From Caulobacterales bacterium (GTDB taxonomy: Bacteria > Pseudomonadota > Alphaproteobacteria > Caulobacterales > Caulobacteraceae): a stretch of 64,000 nucleotides of DNA. Numbering within the stretch: the first letter of the stretch is position 1; each line of letters opens with the position of its first letter. The position numbers and the translations under genes were made by a program. A model generated the notes under the pieces. It saw only the letters and a list, made by a program, of their open reading frames with translations. It was not told where the DNA came from and made no database searches. This document shows, in pieces, positions 37,701 to 47,549 of the stretch. The stretch lies in assembly GCA_038231315.1 (NCBI GenBank), contig JBBRLN010000011.1:2035-66034 (forward strand). The letters run 5' to 3'.

Positions 37701-39149
37701 TTAGGCGCGAAAGACGAGCCAACGATTGAGAACGAAGCTGATCGGCGTGATGATCGCGACCGCCGCCACCGACGATACCGCGAGGGCCAGATAAGCGTGG
37801 AGGGCGACGTTCGCGCCGGTGAAGATCAGCCCGCAAAAGGCGTTCACGGCGAGAAACCGGGCGAACTGAAGTCCCGATCGCACCTGTCGAGAGGATTTCG
37901 AGAACGTCCAGAACCGATTCAACACATAGCTTTGTCCCAGACTGACCGCGTAGCCGGCGGCGCTCGCCAGCCAGACCGCCGCTCCGGCCCAGCGGAACAG
38001 CCAGACGAGGGCCAGGCAGGTCGCCGTATTTAATCCGCCGACCATGGCGAATTTCATCGCTTCACCAATCAAGTCTCGAACGCCGCGAGGTGGCGGAACT
38101 TGTTTGGCGGAGGCGAGCGAAGGTTTTCGAAAGCGCGATCCATCCCGCTCTTCGATTGAGCGCGTCGCTCCATGTCGCCAGCCCAGCGCGTGAGGTTCGA
38201 CCTCGCGTCCGGCGATCGACACCCGCAAACCCTCGCCGCCAAAGACGCCGACGACGGCGGTGGTCGAACCGGTCGCCGTGGCCGCCTCGAGGAACGCCTT
38301 CGCGCGTTCAGGCGGCGCCGCGCAAACGATGGCGTAGTCGTCGCCGCCGGTGGCGAGGCTCAGACGCGCGGCGGCCTCATCGGGTTGGGCGTTGAGCCAC
38401 GCACGGCCTCCTCGCGACAAGGGTATCTTCGAAAGATCGATCTCGACGCCGACGTCACTTGCCCGGGCGATATGCAGAGCGTCGGCGAGCAGGCCATCCG
38501 AAACGTCGGCCGCCGCCGACGCGTGATCGCGGAGCGCGGCGCCGAGAGCGAACAGCGGTTCGGGAAGGCGATAGCGCCTCGCGAGCTCGCCGCCTGGATC
38601 CGCGATTTCGCCCCTCGCCGCGCGAAGCCCGAGCCAGCCGTCGCCGATCGGGCCGCAGACCACGCAAAGATCCCCTGCCCTCGCCCCGGCGCGCCCGATC
38701 ATCCGGCCCGTCGGAACCCAGCCCAGCACCATGGTGCTCGCGGTCAGGGGACCGGGAGTCGAGACCGTGTCGCCGCCGAGCAAGACGACGCCAAATCGCC
38801 GGCCGTCCTCGTCCAGTCCGGCGATGAAGCGCTCGCGGTCCGCTTCGCCGAACCGCGCCGGCCAGGCGACGGTCAGGAAATAACCGAACGGCTCGGCCGC
38901 CTTCGCCGCGAGATCGGAGAGGCTCGTGCGCAGCAGGCGACGCGCCACGATGTCCATCACTTCGCCCGCCAGGAAATGAACACCCTCGACCATGGCGTCC
39001 GTCGAAATGACGAGTTCGAAGCCCGGCCGCGACGGCAGAACCGCGGCGTCGTCCATCAGGTTCAGCGCTCTCGGATCGCCGCGGGTCAGCGAGCGGAGTT
39101 TGTCGATCCAGGCGAATTCGTCGGGCGCGGTCCCGGCCCTATCCGGCAT
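37701..39149 (-). CDS. thiL: Thiamine-monophosphate kinase in frame with a C-terminal GtrA-family flippase domain (ThiL ~38170-39149; GtrA ~37701-38072)
   Basis: EF.WI, DDAA, D.MVEGVHF, SDLAA..AEP, GGDT, D+SDGL, GGDDY and GWRH, then a ~32-aa linker with no stop, then [11 protein letters not shown]...[10 protein letters not shown]...QFARF...[10 protein letters not shown]. Confidence 0.9.
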   Translation of the reverse strand: MPDRAGTAPDEFAWIDKLRSLTRGDPRALNLMDDAAVLPSRPGFELVISTDAMVEGVHFLAGEVMDIVARRLLRTSLSDLAAKAAEPFGYFLTVAWPARFGEADRERFIAGLDEDGRRFGVVLLGGDTVSTPGPLTASTMVLGWVPTGRMIGRAGARAGDLCVVCGPIGDGWLGLRAARGEIADPGGELARRYRLPEPLFALGAALRDHASAAADVSDGLLADALHIARASDVGVEIDLSKIPLSRGGRAWLNAQPDEAAARLSLATGGDDYAIVCAAPPERAKAFLEAATATGSTTAVVGVFGGEGLRVSIAGREVEPHALGWRHGATRSIEERDGSRFRKPSLASAKQVPPPRGVRDLIGEAMKFAMVGGLNTATCLALVWLFRWAGAAVWLASAAGYAVSLGQSYVLNRFWTFSKSSRQVRSGLQFARFLAVNAFCGLIFTGANVALHAYLALAVSSVAAVAIITPISFVLNRWLVFRA

Positions 39150-39585
39150 CGTGCGCCACGGCGTCCAGCACGCCGTTGATGAAGCCGGGCTCGGGGCCGT
39201 CGAAGAAGGATTTGGCGATCTCGACGTATTCGTCGATCACAACCTCGCGCGGCACATCCGATCGCCGCAGCAGTTCAAGAACCCCGCACCGCAGCACCGC
39301 CCGGGCGGTAGCGTCCAGTCGGGAAAGCTTCCAGTCCTTCGCGAGGCGGCCGCGTATCGCGCCATCGATCCTGGCTTGATCGGCGACGACCCCGCGCGCG
39401 AGGTCGGCGAAGAAGACCTCGTCTCCCGGCGCCAGCCGCTGGCCGTCGACATCCTGTTCGAAGCGATGCTCCAGGAATTCGCGGATCACATCCTCGACGC
39501 CGGCCCCGGTGGTCTCCAGCTGATAGAGCGCCTGGACCGCCGCCAGCCTGGCGACCGAGCGATCCTGCCGGAGGGGAGCATTCAA
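39139..39585 (-). CDS. nusB: Transcription antitermination factor NusB
   Basis: [14 protein letters not shown]...[15 protein letters not shown] and FINGVLD motifs. Confidence 0.96.
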   Translation of the reverse strand: MNAPLRQDRSVARLAAVQALYQLETTGAGVEDVIREFLEHRFEQDVDGQRLAPGDEVFFADLARGVVADQARIDGAIRGRLAKDWKLSRLDATARAVLRCGVLELLRRSDVPREVVIDEYVEIAKSFFDGPEPGFINGVLDAVAHDAG

Positions 39586-40061
39586 GGGGTCGTCTCGCCG
39601 GCCAGATCTTCGCTCAGCCCCTCGTCGCTGAGGAACTTGGCGAAATCCTCGGTCTGCCTGAAATCGCGATAGACCGAGGCGTAGCGGACGTAGGCCACGT
39701 CATCGAGCGCTTTGAGCGACTTCATCACCATCTCGCCGACCACATGGGAGGGCAGCTCCGTCTCGCCCATGCTTTCCAGTTGCCGCACAATCGCGCTGAC
39801 CATGCGGTCGACCCGTTCGGCCTGGACCGGCCGCTTGCGCGTGGCGATCGAGATCGAGCGCACCAGCTTTTCTCTCTCGAACGGCGTGCGCCGGCCCGAG
39901 CGCTTGAGGATCATCAACTCACGAAGCTGAACCCGCTCGAAGGTCGTGAAGCGTCCGCCGCATTCGGGGCACATCCTGCGCCGCCGGATCGCAGCGCCGT
40001 CCTCGGAGGGCCGGCTGTCCTTCACTTGGCTTTCGAGGTCGCCGCAAAACGGGCACTTCAT
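39582..40061 (-). CDS. nrdR: Transcriptional repressor NrdR
   Basis: MKCPFCG...[26 protein letters not shown] cone, [10 protein letters not shown]. Confidence 0.98.
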   Translation of the reverse strand: MKCPFCGDLESQVKDSRPSEDGAAIRRRRMCPECGGRFTTFERVQLRELMILKRSGRRTPFEREKLVRSISIATRKRPVQAERVDRMVSAIVRQLESMGETELPSHVVGEMVMKSLKALDDVAYVRYASVYRDFRQTEDFAKFLSDEGLSEDLAGETTP

Positions 40062-40071
40062 GCGCGGTCGA

Positions 40072-41376
40072 TCAGCCGTAGATCGGGAAGCGGGCGGTCA
40101 GGTCGCGGACCTGGCGGCGGACGTTGGCCTCCACCTCGGCGTTGCCCTCCTCGCCATTCGCCGCGAGTCCGTCGACGACCTCGGCGATCAGGTGGCCGAC
40201 CCGCCGGAACTCCGCCACGCCAAAGCCGCGTGTCGTGCCCGCCGGTGTTCCCAGACGCAAGCCGGATGTGACCATGGGCGGTGCGGGATCGAAGGGAATG
40301 CCGTTCTTGTTGCAGGTGATGTCCGCCCGCTCCAGGCTCTGTTCAGCCGCCGCGCCGCTCACGCCCTTCGCGCGCAGATCGACCAGCATCAGGTGGCTGT
40401 CGGTGCCGCCCGAGACGATCGCCATGCCCCGCGATTGCAGAGCGTCGGCCAGGGCCCTGGCGTTGGCGATCACATCGCGCGCGTAGAGCTGGAACTCCGG
40501 GCGCAGCGCCTCCCCGAAGGCGACGGCCTTGGCGGCGATCACATGCATCAGCGGACCGCCCTGCAGGCCGGGGAAGACCGCGGAATCGATCTTCTTGCCG
40601 AGCTTGAGGTCGTTGGAGAGGATCATCCCGCCGCGCGGGCCGCGGAGGGTCTTGTGGGTCGTGGTGGTGACGACGTGGGCGTGGGTCAGCGGACTTGGAA
40701 ACACCCCGCCGGCGACGAGGCCGGCGAAATGGGCCATGTCCACCATCAGTTTGGCCCCGACGCTGTCGGCGACCGCGCGGAAGCGGGCGAAGTCGATCTC
40801 CCGGCTGTAGGCTGAACCGCCGGCGATGATCACCTTGGGCCGGTGCTCCAGGGCAAGCTCGGCCATGGCGTCGTAGTCGATGATCTGGTCCTGAGTCCGT
40901 ACGGTGTAGGCCACCGGCTTGAACCACTTGCCGGACTGGTTGACCGATTTCCCGTGGGTCAGGTGGCCGCCCGCGGCGAGGTCCATGCCCATGAAGGTGT
41001 CGCCCGGCTTCATCAAGGCCATGAACACCGCCTGATTCGCCTGCGAACCGGAGTGCGGTTGGACGTTCGCCCAGTCGCAGCCGAACAGCGCCTTGGCCCG
41101 CTCTATCGCCAAGGTCTCGACCTTGTCGACGAATTCGCAACCGCCGTAGTAGCGCTTCCCCGGATAGCCCTCGGCGTATTTATTGGTCAGAACCGAGCCC
41201 TGCGCTTCGAGCACCGCGCGGGAGACGATGTTTTCAGAGGCGATCAGCTCGATCTGATGCCTTTGCCGCTGAAACTCTTCGCCGATCATCGAGAAGAGGT
41301 CGGCGTCCGACTCGGCGAGGCCGGCGGCGAAGAAGGTGTCGGCGGCGTCGTGCGACGCCTCTGCGATGAGGCTCAA
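40072..41376 (-). CDS. glyA: Serine hydroxymethyltransferase
   Basis: [42 protein letters not shown] and GLQGGP motifs. Confidence 0.98.
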   Translation of the reverse strand: MSLIAEASHDAADTFFAAGLAESDADLFSMIGEEFQRQRHQIELIASENIVSRAVLEAQGSVLTNKYAEGYPGKRYYGGCEFVDKVETLAIERAKALFGCDWANVQPHSGSQANQAVFMALMKPGDTFMGMDLAAGGHLTHGKSVNQSGKWFKPVAYTVRTQDQIIDYDAMAELALEHRPKVIIAGGSAYSREIDFARFRAVADSVGAKLMVDMAHFAGLVAGGVFPSPLTHAHVVTTTTHKTLRGPRGGMILSNDLKLGKKIDSAVFPGLQGGPLMHVIAAKAVAFGEALRPEFQLYARDVIANARALADALQSRGMAIVSGGTDSHLMLVDLRAKGVSGAAAEQSLERADITCNKNGIPFDPAPPMVTSGLRLGTPAGTTRGFGVAEFRRVGHLIAEVVDGLAANGEEGNAEVEANVRRQVRDLTARFPIYG

Positions 41377-41475
41377 GGCGGGATGTCCAGGCTGGATCGG
41401 GCGGGAGGCCTACATAGACCCAACGCGGCGGATTTTAAATGACGCCGACCGGTCCGAGGTGTTTCAAGCAGCGCC

Positions 41476-42624
41476 ATGAGCTATCGCGTCGTTGTCGTCG
41501 CCGCCGGTTCGGGCGAGCGGGCGGGTCCAGGAGGCCCCAAGCAGTGGCGGCGTGTCGGCGGCAGGCCAGTGGCGCGTTGGTCGCTGGAGGCGTTTGTCGA
41601 CCACGGCGCGGCGCAGGTCGTCGTGGTCATCGCCGCGGGCGAGCATGCCCGGGCCGCCGAGGCCTTCGCCGGACTTACGGGCTGGTCCCTGGTTGTCGGC
41701 GGCGCGACACGGACGCAATCGGTGCGCGCGGGACTGGCGGCGCTGGAGACCGATGACCTGCCGATCCTGATCCACGACGCCGCGCGGCCGTTCCTCAAGG
41801 GCGCGGACATCGACGCTTTGCTCGCCGCCGTCGAGCAGGCGGACGGCGCCCTGCCCGCCCTCCCCGTCGCCGACACCTTGAAGACCCACCTCCTCGGGGC
41901 GCTTGGCGTGGCGACCGCCCCCCGCGAAAACCTCTGGCGCGCGCAGACGCCGCAGGCCTTTCGGGCCGCCGCCCTGCGCGCCGCCTACGCCGCGTGCCCC
42001 GCCGACGCCTCCCCGACAGACGACGCCGCAGTCGTCGAGCGCCATGGCGGGAAGGTCGTGCTGACCCCCGGCGACCCCATGTTGTTCAAGCTGACCTATC
42101 CGGAGGATTTCGCCATGGCCGAAGCCATGCTCGCGGCGGCGCGGGTCACCCGCATCGGCCAGGGCTTCGATGTCCATCAATTCGGCCCCGGCGACGCGGT
42201 CTGGCTCTGCGGCGTTCGGGTGGCCCACGGCCAGGGCCTCGTCGGGCATTCGGACGCCGACGTCGGTCTTCACGCCCTGACTGACGCCCTGCTGGGCGCG
42301 ATGGGTCTGGGCGACATCGGCGACCACTTCCCGCCCACCGATCCGAAATGGAAGGGGGCGGACTCGGCGGTCTTCCTGCGCCACGCGGGCCACCTCATCG
42401 CCGAGCGCGGCGGCTCCATCGTAAATGTGGACGTCACCCTGATCTGTGAGGCGCCCAAGATCAAACCGCACCGCGAGGTCATGCGCGCGAGGATCGCCGG
42501 CCTCCTCGGCATCGATGTGAGCCGGGTCAGCGTGAAGGCCACCACCACCGAGCAACTCGGCTTCACCGGCCGTGGCGAAGGCATCGCGGCCCAGGCCGTG
42601 GCGGCGGTCTCCGCCCCGGTCTAA
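41476..42624 (+). CDS. ispDF: Bifunctional IspD/IspF
   Basis: AAGSG.R, PKQW, HDAARP, QTPQAF, TDDA, then [29 protein letters not shown] and VKATTTE.LGF. Confidence 0.96.
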   Translation: MSYRVVVVAAGSGERAGPGGPKQWRRVGGRPVARWSLEAFVDHGAAQVVVVIAAGEHARAAEAFAGLTGWSLVVGGATRTQSVRAGLAALETDDLPILIHDAARPFLKGADIDALLAAVEQADGALPALPVADTLKTHLLGALGVATAPRENLWRAQTPQAFRAAALRAAYAACPADASPTDDAAVVERHGGKVVLTPGDPMLFKLTYPEDFAMAEAMLAAARVTRIGQGFDVHQFGPGDAVWLCGVRVAHGQGLVGHSDADVGLHALTDALLGAMGLGDIGDHFPPTDPKWKGADSAVFLRHAGHLIAERGGSIVNVDVTLICEAPKIKPHREVMRARIAGLLGIDVSRVSVKATTTEQLGFTGRGEGIAAQAVAAVSAPV

Positions 42625-42632
42625 GGTCAAGA

Positions 42633-43124
42633 ATGTTCTCGCTCGAAATCGACACCCTCGCCCGCCTGGTCATCGACGACGCCCGCGCGCGGTCCCTGCG
42701 CATCGTCACCGCGGAGAGTTGCACCGGCGGCCTGGTCGCCGCGGCGCTCTGCGCGATCCCCGGCGCCACGGACGTCTTCGAGCGCGGCTTCGTCGCGTAT
42801 TCCAATCGGGCGAAGCAGGAGATGCTCGGTGTCTCGGGCGACCTCATCGCCGATCTGGGTGCGGTCTCCGAACCCATCGCGCGGATGATGGCCGAGGGCG
42901 CGGTGGAAAACTCTCACGCCCATCTTTCGGTGGCCATCACCGGCGTCGCGGGGCCGGGGGGCGGCACGCCGCTGAAGCCCGTCGGTACGGTCCACTTCGC
43001 CACCGCCAGGGCCAATCAGTCGGTCCAGCATCGCATGGAGATGTTCGAACTGGAGACCCGCTGGGAGATCCAGATGGCCTCTGTCCAGCTGGCCCTGGAA
43101 TTTCTTCGGGACCGCCTGCGGTAG
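42633..43124 (+). CDS. CinA C-terminal domain / NMN deamidase (PncC-like)
   Basis: TAESCTGG, Y.N.AK, GAVSE..A..MA.GA and SITGVAGPGGG...KPVGTV motifs. Confidence 0.92.
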   Translation: MFSLEIDTLARLVIDDARARSLRIVTAESCTGGLVAAALCAIPGATDVFERGFVAYSNRAKQEMLGVSGDLIADLGAVSEPIARMMAEGAVENSHAHLSVAITGVAGPGGGTPLKPVGTVHFATARANQSVQHRMEMFELETRWEIQMASVQLALEFLRDRLR

Positions 43125-43140
43125 ACGACGGGCCGGCCGC

Positions 43141-44826
43141 GTGAACACCCCCTTCATCACCATCGGGCGGGGCCTGCCTGGCAAGGCTGCGGTCGCCGCA
43201 GCCGACGCGAGCCTGGAGCGGGATCTGCGGGCGATTATCGAAGCGGTAGGAAGGGCCGACCGCGAAGGCGCGATCGCGTTGGCCACCGCGGCCGTGCGCG
43301 GAGGGCTGGAACACCCCCTCGCCCTGGTTCTCGCGGCGGAGGGATTCGAGGTCCGGGGCGAGATCGAGCAAGCTTTGGCGATCCTCTCACGAGTCACGGA
43401 GATGAGCGCCGGTCAGCCAGAGCCGTGGCGCCGGAAGGGCGCCCTTCTGGCGCGGGTGGATCGTCTGGAAGAGGCGATCCAGGCTTTCGAGTCAGCGCTG
43501 AGCGCCGACCCCAATTCGTCGCCGGCCCTCCTCGCCTGCGCCGCCGCGTCCTATCGGTTGGGCGACTTCGAGGCGGCCGCGCAGCGGTACGAACGCGCTC
43601 TGGCGCTCGAGCCCGATGCGCCGGAGGCGCTGGCCGGAATGGCCTCGATCGCGGCGCGCTCTGACGATGCCGCGCTTGCCCGCGAATTCGCGACGCGGGC
43701 CTTAGCCATTGACCCCTCTCATCCTGGGGCCCGTCTGGCGCTCGCGCGCGCCGACAGCCTCGACGGCAAGACCGCGGCGTCCGAGCTCGGGCTCTCGGCG
43801 CTCCTGGACAGCACCGACCTAGCTCCACAAATGCGCATAGCCGCGCTCGATCTCCGCGCGGAGATCCGCGACTCGGCCGACAGACCAGCCGAGGCGTTTC
43901 TCGACTACCAGGCGAGGAACCGGCTGCTGGAAGACTTGACCTGGGCGTCGACGCGGGTCGACGCTGTCGAGCGCCGGGTCGCGCAAGCGCGTCGTCTCGC
44001 GCGAGACTTCGGCTCTTGCGCCGATTGGGGATGGAGCGCCGCCGCCGCGCGGGGCGCGGAGACCCTCGACATCGCGGGCCACGTCTTTCTTGTCGGCTTT
44101 CCGCGCTCGGGAACGACGTTGCTCGAGAAGGTCCTGGCGGCCCACGGGGGCGTCGTCACGCTTGAGGAAGTCGAGCTTTTGGTTCGGGCGGGCGGCCATC
44201 TGTTGAAGGATCGCGCGGGCCTGGAAACCCTTTCGGTGTTGGCGCCCGAGGCGGCGAACGCGTGCCGGGCGATCTACAGGGACGGAGTGGCCGCTATCCT
44301 GGGACCGGTGACCGGAAAGGTGCTGGTCGACAAGCTTCCGCTCAATACGATCGCGCTCCCCCTCGTGGCCAAACTGTTCCCCCGGGCAAAAGTGATCTTC
44401 GCGGTGCGTGATCCGCGAGACGTCGTGCTGAGCTGTTTCCGACGCCGGTTCCGGATGAATTCGGCGATGTTCGAATTCCTCAACCTCGAGAGCGCCGCGG
44501 ACTACTACGACGCGGTGATGACCTTGGCGGAACTCTATCGCGCCCAATTGCCGATCGATCTGATCGAGGCGGGGCACGAAGCCATCGTCGCCGACTTCGA
44601 CAGGGAAATCGCGCGGATCCTAAGCTTTGTCGGGCTGGACTGGGATGAGGCCGTCAGAAGTTTCACCGGTCGCTCCACGGGGCGGAACCAGACGCCGAGC
44701 GACCGGCAACTTAACCGGGGCCTCAACGCCGACGGCGTCGGACAGTGGCGTCGATACGCCTCGGAGCTGGCCCCCGTCCTACCCCGCTTGGAGCCATGGG
44801 TGCGCCGCTTCGGCTATCCCGCCTAG
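43141..44826 (+). CDS. TPR-containing sulfotransferase-family protein
   Basis: N-terminal TPR repeats, PAPS-binding FLVGFPRSGTTLLE, DKLPLN and RDPRDVVLSCF motifs. Confidence 0.9.
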   Translation: MNTPFITIGRGLPGKAAVAAADASLERDLRAIIEAVGRADREGAIALATAAVRGGLEHPLALVLAAEGFEVRGEIEQALAILSRVTEMSAGQPEPWRRKGALLARVDRLEEAIQAFESALSADPNSSPALLACAAASYRLGDFEAAAQRYERALALEPDAPEALAGMASIAARSDDAALAREFATRALAIDPSHPGARLALARADSLDGKTAASELGLSALLDSTDLAPQMRIAALDLRAEIRDSADRPAEAFLDYQARNRLLEDLTWASTRVDAVERRVAQARRLARDFGSCADWGWSAAAARGAETLDIAGHVFLVGFPRSGTTLLEKVLAAHGGVVTLEEVELLVRAGGHLLKDRAGLETLSVLAPEAANACRAIYRDGVAAILGPVTGKVLVDKLPLNTIALPLVAKLFPRAKVIFAVRDPRDVVLSCFRRRFRMNSAMFEFLNLESAADYYDAVMTLAELYRAQLPIDLIEAGHEAIVADFDREIARILSFVGLDWDEAVRSFTGRSTGRNQTPSDRQLNRGLNADGVGQWRRYASELAPVLPRLEPWVRRFGYPA

Positions 44827-44876
44827 CGCCCCGTCGAGCCGCCTCAACGAAACAGCATCAGGCTCGAAATACGAAA

Positions 44877-44900
44877 AAGCCCCGCGCGAACGCGGGGCTT
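44877..44900 (-). terminator. Rho-independent terminator of the PEP-CTERM gene
   Basis: Perfect 10-bp stem AAGCCCCGCG/CGCGGGGCTT, UUCG loop on the minus strand, followed by a T-run on the minus strand. Confidence 0.88.
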
Positions 44901-44921
44901 GATCGGAGCGATCGGCGTATA

Positions 44922-45623
44922 TCAGATCGCGAGAGTTGCGCGACGACGGCGCATCGCGCCACCGGCGGCGGCCAGACCCATGAGCATTAGCGCCCAGGTG
45001 CCCGGTTCCGGCGTGCCGGGGCCGGGACTGGCGGAGCCGAAGGTCACGTCGTCGAAAACGACGAAGTTCGCAACGCCGCCGAAAACGATGGACTCCGCCG
45101 TGCCGGCGAAGGCGACCCCAATGGGAACGAACGGGCAGTAGCCCGCGCCGTAACCCGGGCAATTGCTGGGCGTGAGGGAGAGACTGAAGTTGGCGAGCAG
45201 AGATCCGGTGCCATCGAGACCCGAATAAACGCTGACGCTACCGCCCTGCGTGTTGGGCTCCGCATAGTTAAATGAGAAGCCGTTCTGGAAACCCGCGGCG
45301 ACGTCGATGGTTGTCGAAGAGCCGGACAGGAAGAACAGCCCGCCCTTGTCCGAACCGGGGGCCAGCCCGCCACGTGATGTGTTGGAGCAGGTGACGGTCG
45401 TTGAATTGAGGCAGATGGCTTGCGCGTTGGCGCTGAAGGTCACGCCATAGTTGGTGCCGGTCGTGCCGTCCGAGCTGGTCCCGCCATTGTAGAACCCGTT
45501 GATGAAGGCGTAGTTGGAGGGATAGGTCGCATTGATCCCTTCGAAATTGAGGTCGACGACGGCGGCGCTGGCGCCGGTCGCAACGAGGACCGCCGCGGTG
45601 GCGGCGACTGAAAGACGAAGCAT
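44922..45623 (-). CDS. PEPxxWA-CTERM exosortase-target surface protein
   Basis: Signal peptide, Ser/Thr/Gly/Asn-rich body, and TPEPGTWALMLMGLAAAGGAMRRRR tail. Confidence 0.93.
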   Translation of the reverse strand: MLRLSVAATAAVLVATGASAAVVDLNFEGINATYPSNYAFINGFYNGGTSSDGTTGTNYGVTFSANAQAICLNSTTVTCSNTSRGGLAPGSDKGGLFFLSGSSTTIDVAAGFQNGFSFNYAEPNTQGGSVSVYSGLDGTGSLLANFSLSLTPSNCPGYGAGYCPFVPIGVAFAGTAESIVFGGVANFVVFDDVTFGSASPGPGTPEPGTWALMLMGLAAAGGAMRRRRATLAI

Positions 45624-45791
45624 TTTACCCTCCTGAAGTTCGTGCCCTAAAAACACAATCTGGACACTAACACGCCATTCGCCGCCACGGGAAGTCCTTT
45701 TATCCGGCGGATACTCGATTTCTCCTTACTTTACAGTTTACATTTGCTCGTCCTGAGAATTGACGATTCCGCTGGAGACCCGCCGCGGCGT

Positions 45792-45816
45792 GGAACGCCC
45801 CCCGGCCTCGCGAATT
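45792..45816 (+). promoter_or_regulatory. Possible EcfG/SigT-type general stress promoter
   Basis: GGAAC-N16-AATT upstream of the general stress protein gene; -10 deviates from the usual CGTT. Confidence 0.3.
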
Positions 45817-45854
45817 AACCTCGCTCAATTCGCGCGCGTTTCAGGGAGTACGCC

Positions 45855-46355
45855 ATGACCACCGACATCCACGACAAGGCCTCCACGGAGAAGAAGCTGT
45901 GGGATGAAATCGAGGACACCCGCTTCGGCATGGTCGGCCTGACCAAGTCCCGTGACCACTTCCAACCCATGACCAGCTTTGCCGAGCCCGAAACCGGGAA
46001 GCTCTGGTTCTACACTCAGGATAGTGGCGATTTGGCCATCGCCGCTTCCAAGGGCGTGGAGGCGATGTACGTCTTCATGTCCAAGGATCGCCAAATGCAG
46101 GCCTGCATTCGTGGAACGCTGAGCGCACTGCGCGACAACCTTCATCGCGACAAGTTCTGGAACCCCGTGGTTTCCGCCTGGTTTCCCAAGGGCAAGGACG
46201 ATCCGAACCTGATCATGCTTTGCCTGGACTGCGAGGAAAGCCAAGTCTGGATCTCCGAGGTCGGCACCGTGAAGTTCGGCTTCGAGATCGCCAAGGCCAA
46301 CCTCACCGGCAGTCGCCCGAATATCGGCGAAACCACGAAACTAAACCTCGCCTGA
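45855..46355 (+). CDS. General stress protein, pyridoxamine-5'-phosphate oxidase-like FMN split barrel
   Basis: LWDEIE..RFGM, QPMT, LWF+T, DKFWNP.VSAWFP.GKDDPNL motifs. Confidence 0.9.
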   Translation: MTTDIHDKASTEKKLWDEIEDTRFGMVGLTKSRDHFQPMTSFAEPETGKLWFYTQDSGDLAIAASKGVEAMYVFMSKDRQMQACIRGTLSALRDNLHRDKFWNPVVSAWFPKGKDDPNLIMLCLDCEESQVWISEVGTVKFGFEIAKANLTGSRPNIGETTKLNLA

Positions 46356-46398
46356 CGGCGCGGTCGCGAAATAGGCCTTTCTGTTCGTCACGACTGGA

Positions 46399-46425
46399 CC
46401 GCCCTCTTTGCGCTTGAGAGGGCGG
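46399..46425. terminator. Hairpin between convergent genes
   Basis: CCGCCCTCT-N9-AGAGGGCGG inverted repeat. Confidence 0.5.
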
Positions 46426-46547
46426 CAAGACGCCGAGGAGGGCCTGACCCGTCGCCTCTTCTTATTCCGCCAGACCCAGCTTCCGCTCCGCGATCCGCGT
46501 CGCGACTTCTCGTCGCTTCGCCGACCGTTTGGAACGCCGTCTCGACT

Positions 46548-46946
46548 TTACAGATGAAGAATAACCGATGTGGCGACCGCGATTAGCGCAAGCTTGACCA
46601 GCCAACCCACGCTGTGGCTGACCACCACCATCGGATCGATCTTGATGAACAGGCCGTTGGCGATGACCGCCGGCGCCGCAGCGATCAGCCAGATGACGAG
46701 CGCGATGAGGAGTGAATCCCCGAGCGACGTGCGGCCGGTCCAGGCCATCAGGGCGATCAGGCCCAGCACGGTGAAGATGGTCAGCGCCTGGGCGGCGATC
46801 AGCGCGCGGGGGTTGGGCCCGTTGATCCGCCAGACTTCCGGATGGGTCTGGTAGCGATCGTGAAAGAGGACACCGGCGAACAACCAGTCCGCCAAGCCGG
46901 CCAAAACCAGTCCCGCAACGGCCGCCGCGATGTAACGCCAGTCCAT
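46548..46946 (-). CDS. Small 4-TM membrane protein (DUF1761-like)
   Basis: Four hydrophobic helices and a W..GVLF...Y...W pattern. Confidence 0.65.
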   Translation of the reverse strand: MDWRYIAAAVAGLVLAGLADWLFAGVLFHDRYQTHPEVWRINGPNPRALIAAQALTIFTVLGLIALMAWTGRTSLGDSLLIALVIWLIAAAPAVIANGLFIKIDPMVVVSHSVGWLVKLALIAVATSVILHL

Positions 46947-47146
46947 CACCCGCCCTCCCCGGCTAAGTCGTCGCGAGTGTACAGCCGTTTCGCTTCGGCG
47001 CGAAGCTCTCCGGGGGACGCTTGCGCCGCGGCGGGTTCGCTGGCGGGCGCTGGGGCGGGTCGACGCATAGCCCCTTGCCTTCCCCGGCGCGATCGTTCGA
47101 CAACGGCTCACGCGTTACCGTCAGAACGCCCCGAGGAACCGCCCCC

Positions 47147-47545
47147 ATGGACCGCACTCTCCCCCAGCCGACGCCGGAAACTCAACACTTCTGGGATGGG
47201 TGCAAGCGTGGCGAGTTGGTGTTGCAGCGTGGGCCTTCGGGAGAAGCTTACTTTCCGCCGCGGCCGTTTTGTCCGCGCACCGGGTCGCGCGATGTCGAGA
47301 CCTTCGTCGCCAGCGGCAAGGCGACGCTCTACAGCTATGTCATCGCCCATCGGCCGCGGCCCGACATGGGCACCGCGCCGCATTCCATTGCCGTGGTCCA
47401 ACTCGAGGAGGGGCCGCGGATGATGACCAATATCGTGGGCTGTCCACAGACTCCCGAGGCCTTGGTGCTGGATATGCCGCTGGAGGTCACCTTCGAGACG
47501 TTCGGCGAGATCGCGTTGCCGATGTTTCGGCCGGTGGGGGCCTAG
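47147..47545 (+). CDS. DUF35 Zn-ribbon/OB-fold acyl-CoA-binding protein (ChsH2-like)
   Basis: P.PTPETQHFW, LVLQR, FPPRPFCP, ASGKATLYSY, VQLEEGPRMMTNIV motifs. Confidence 0.92.
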   Translation: MDRTLPQPTPETQHFWDGCKRGELVLQRGPSGEAYFPPRPFCPRTGSRDVETFVASGKATLYSYVIAHRPRPDMGTAPHSIAVVQLEEGPRMMTNIVGCPQTPEALVLDMPLEVTFETFGEIALPMFRPVGA

Positions 47546-47549
47546 AGCC

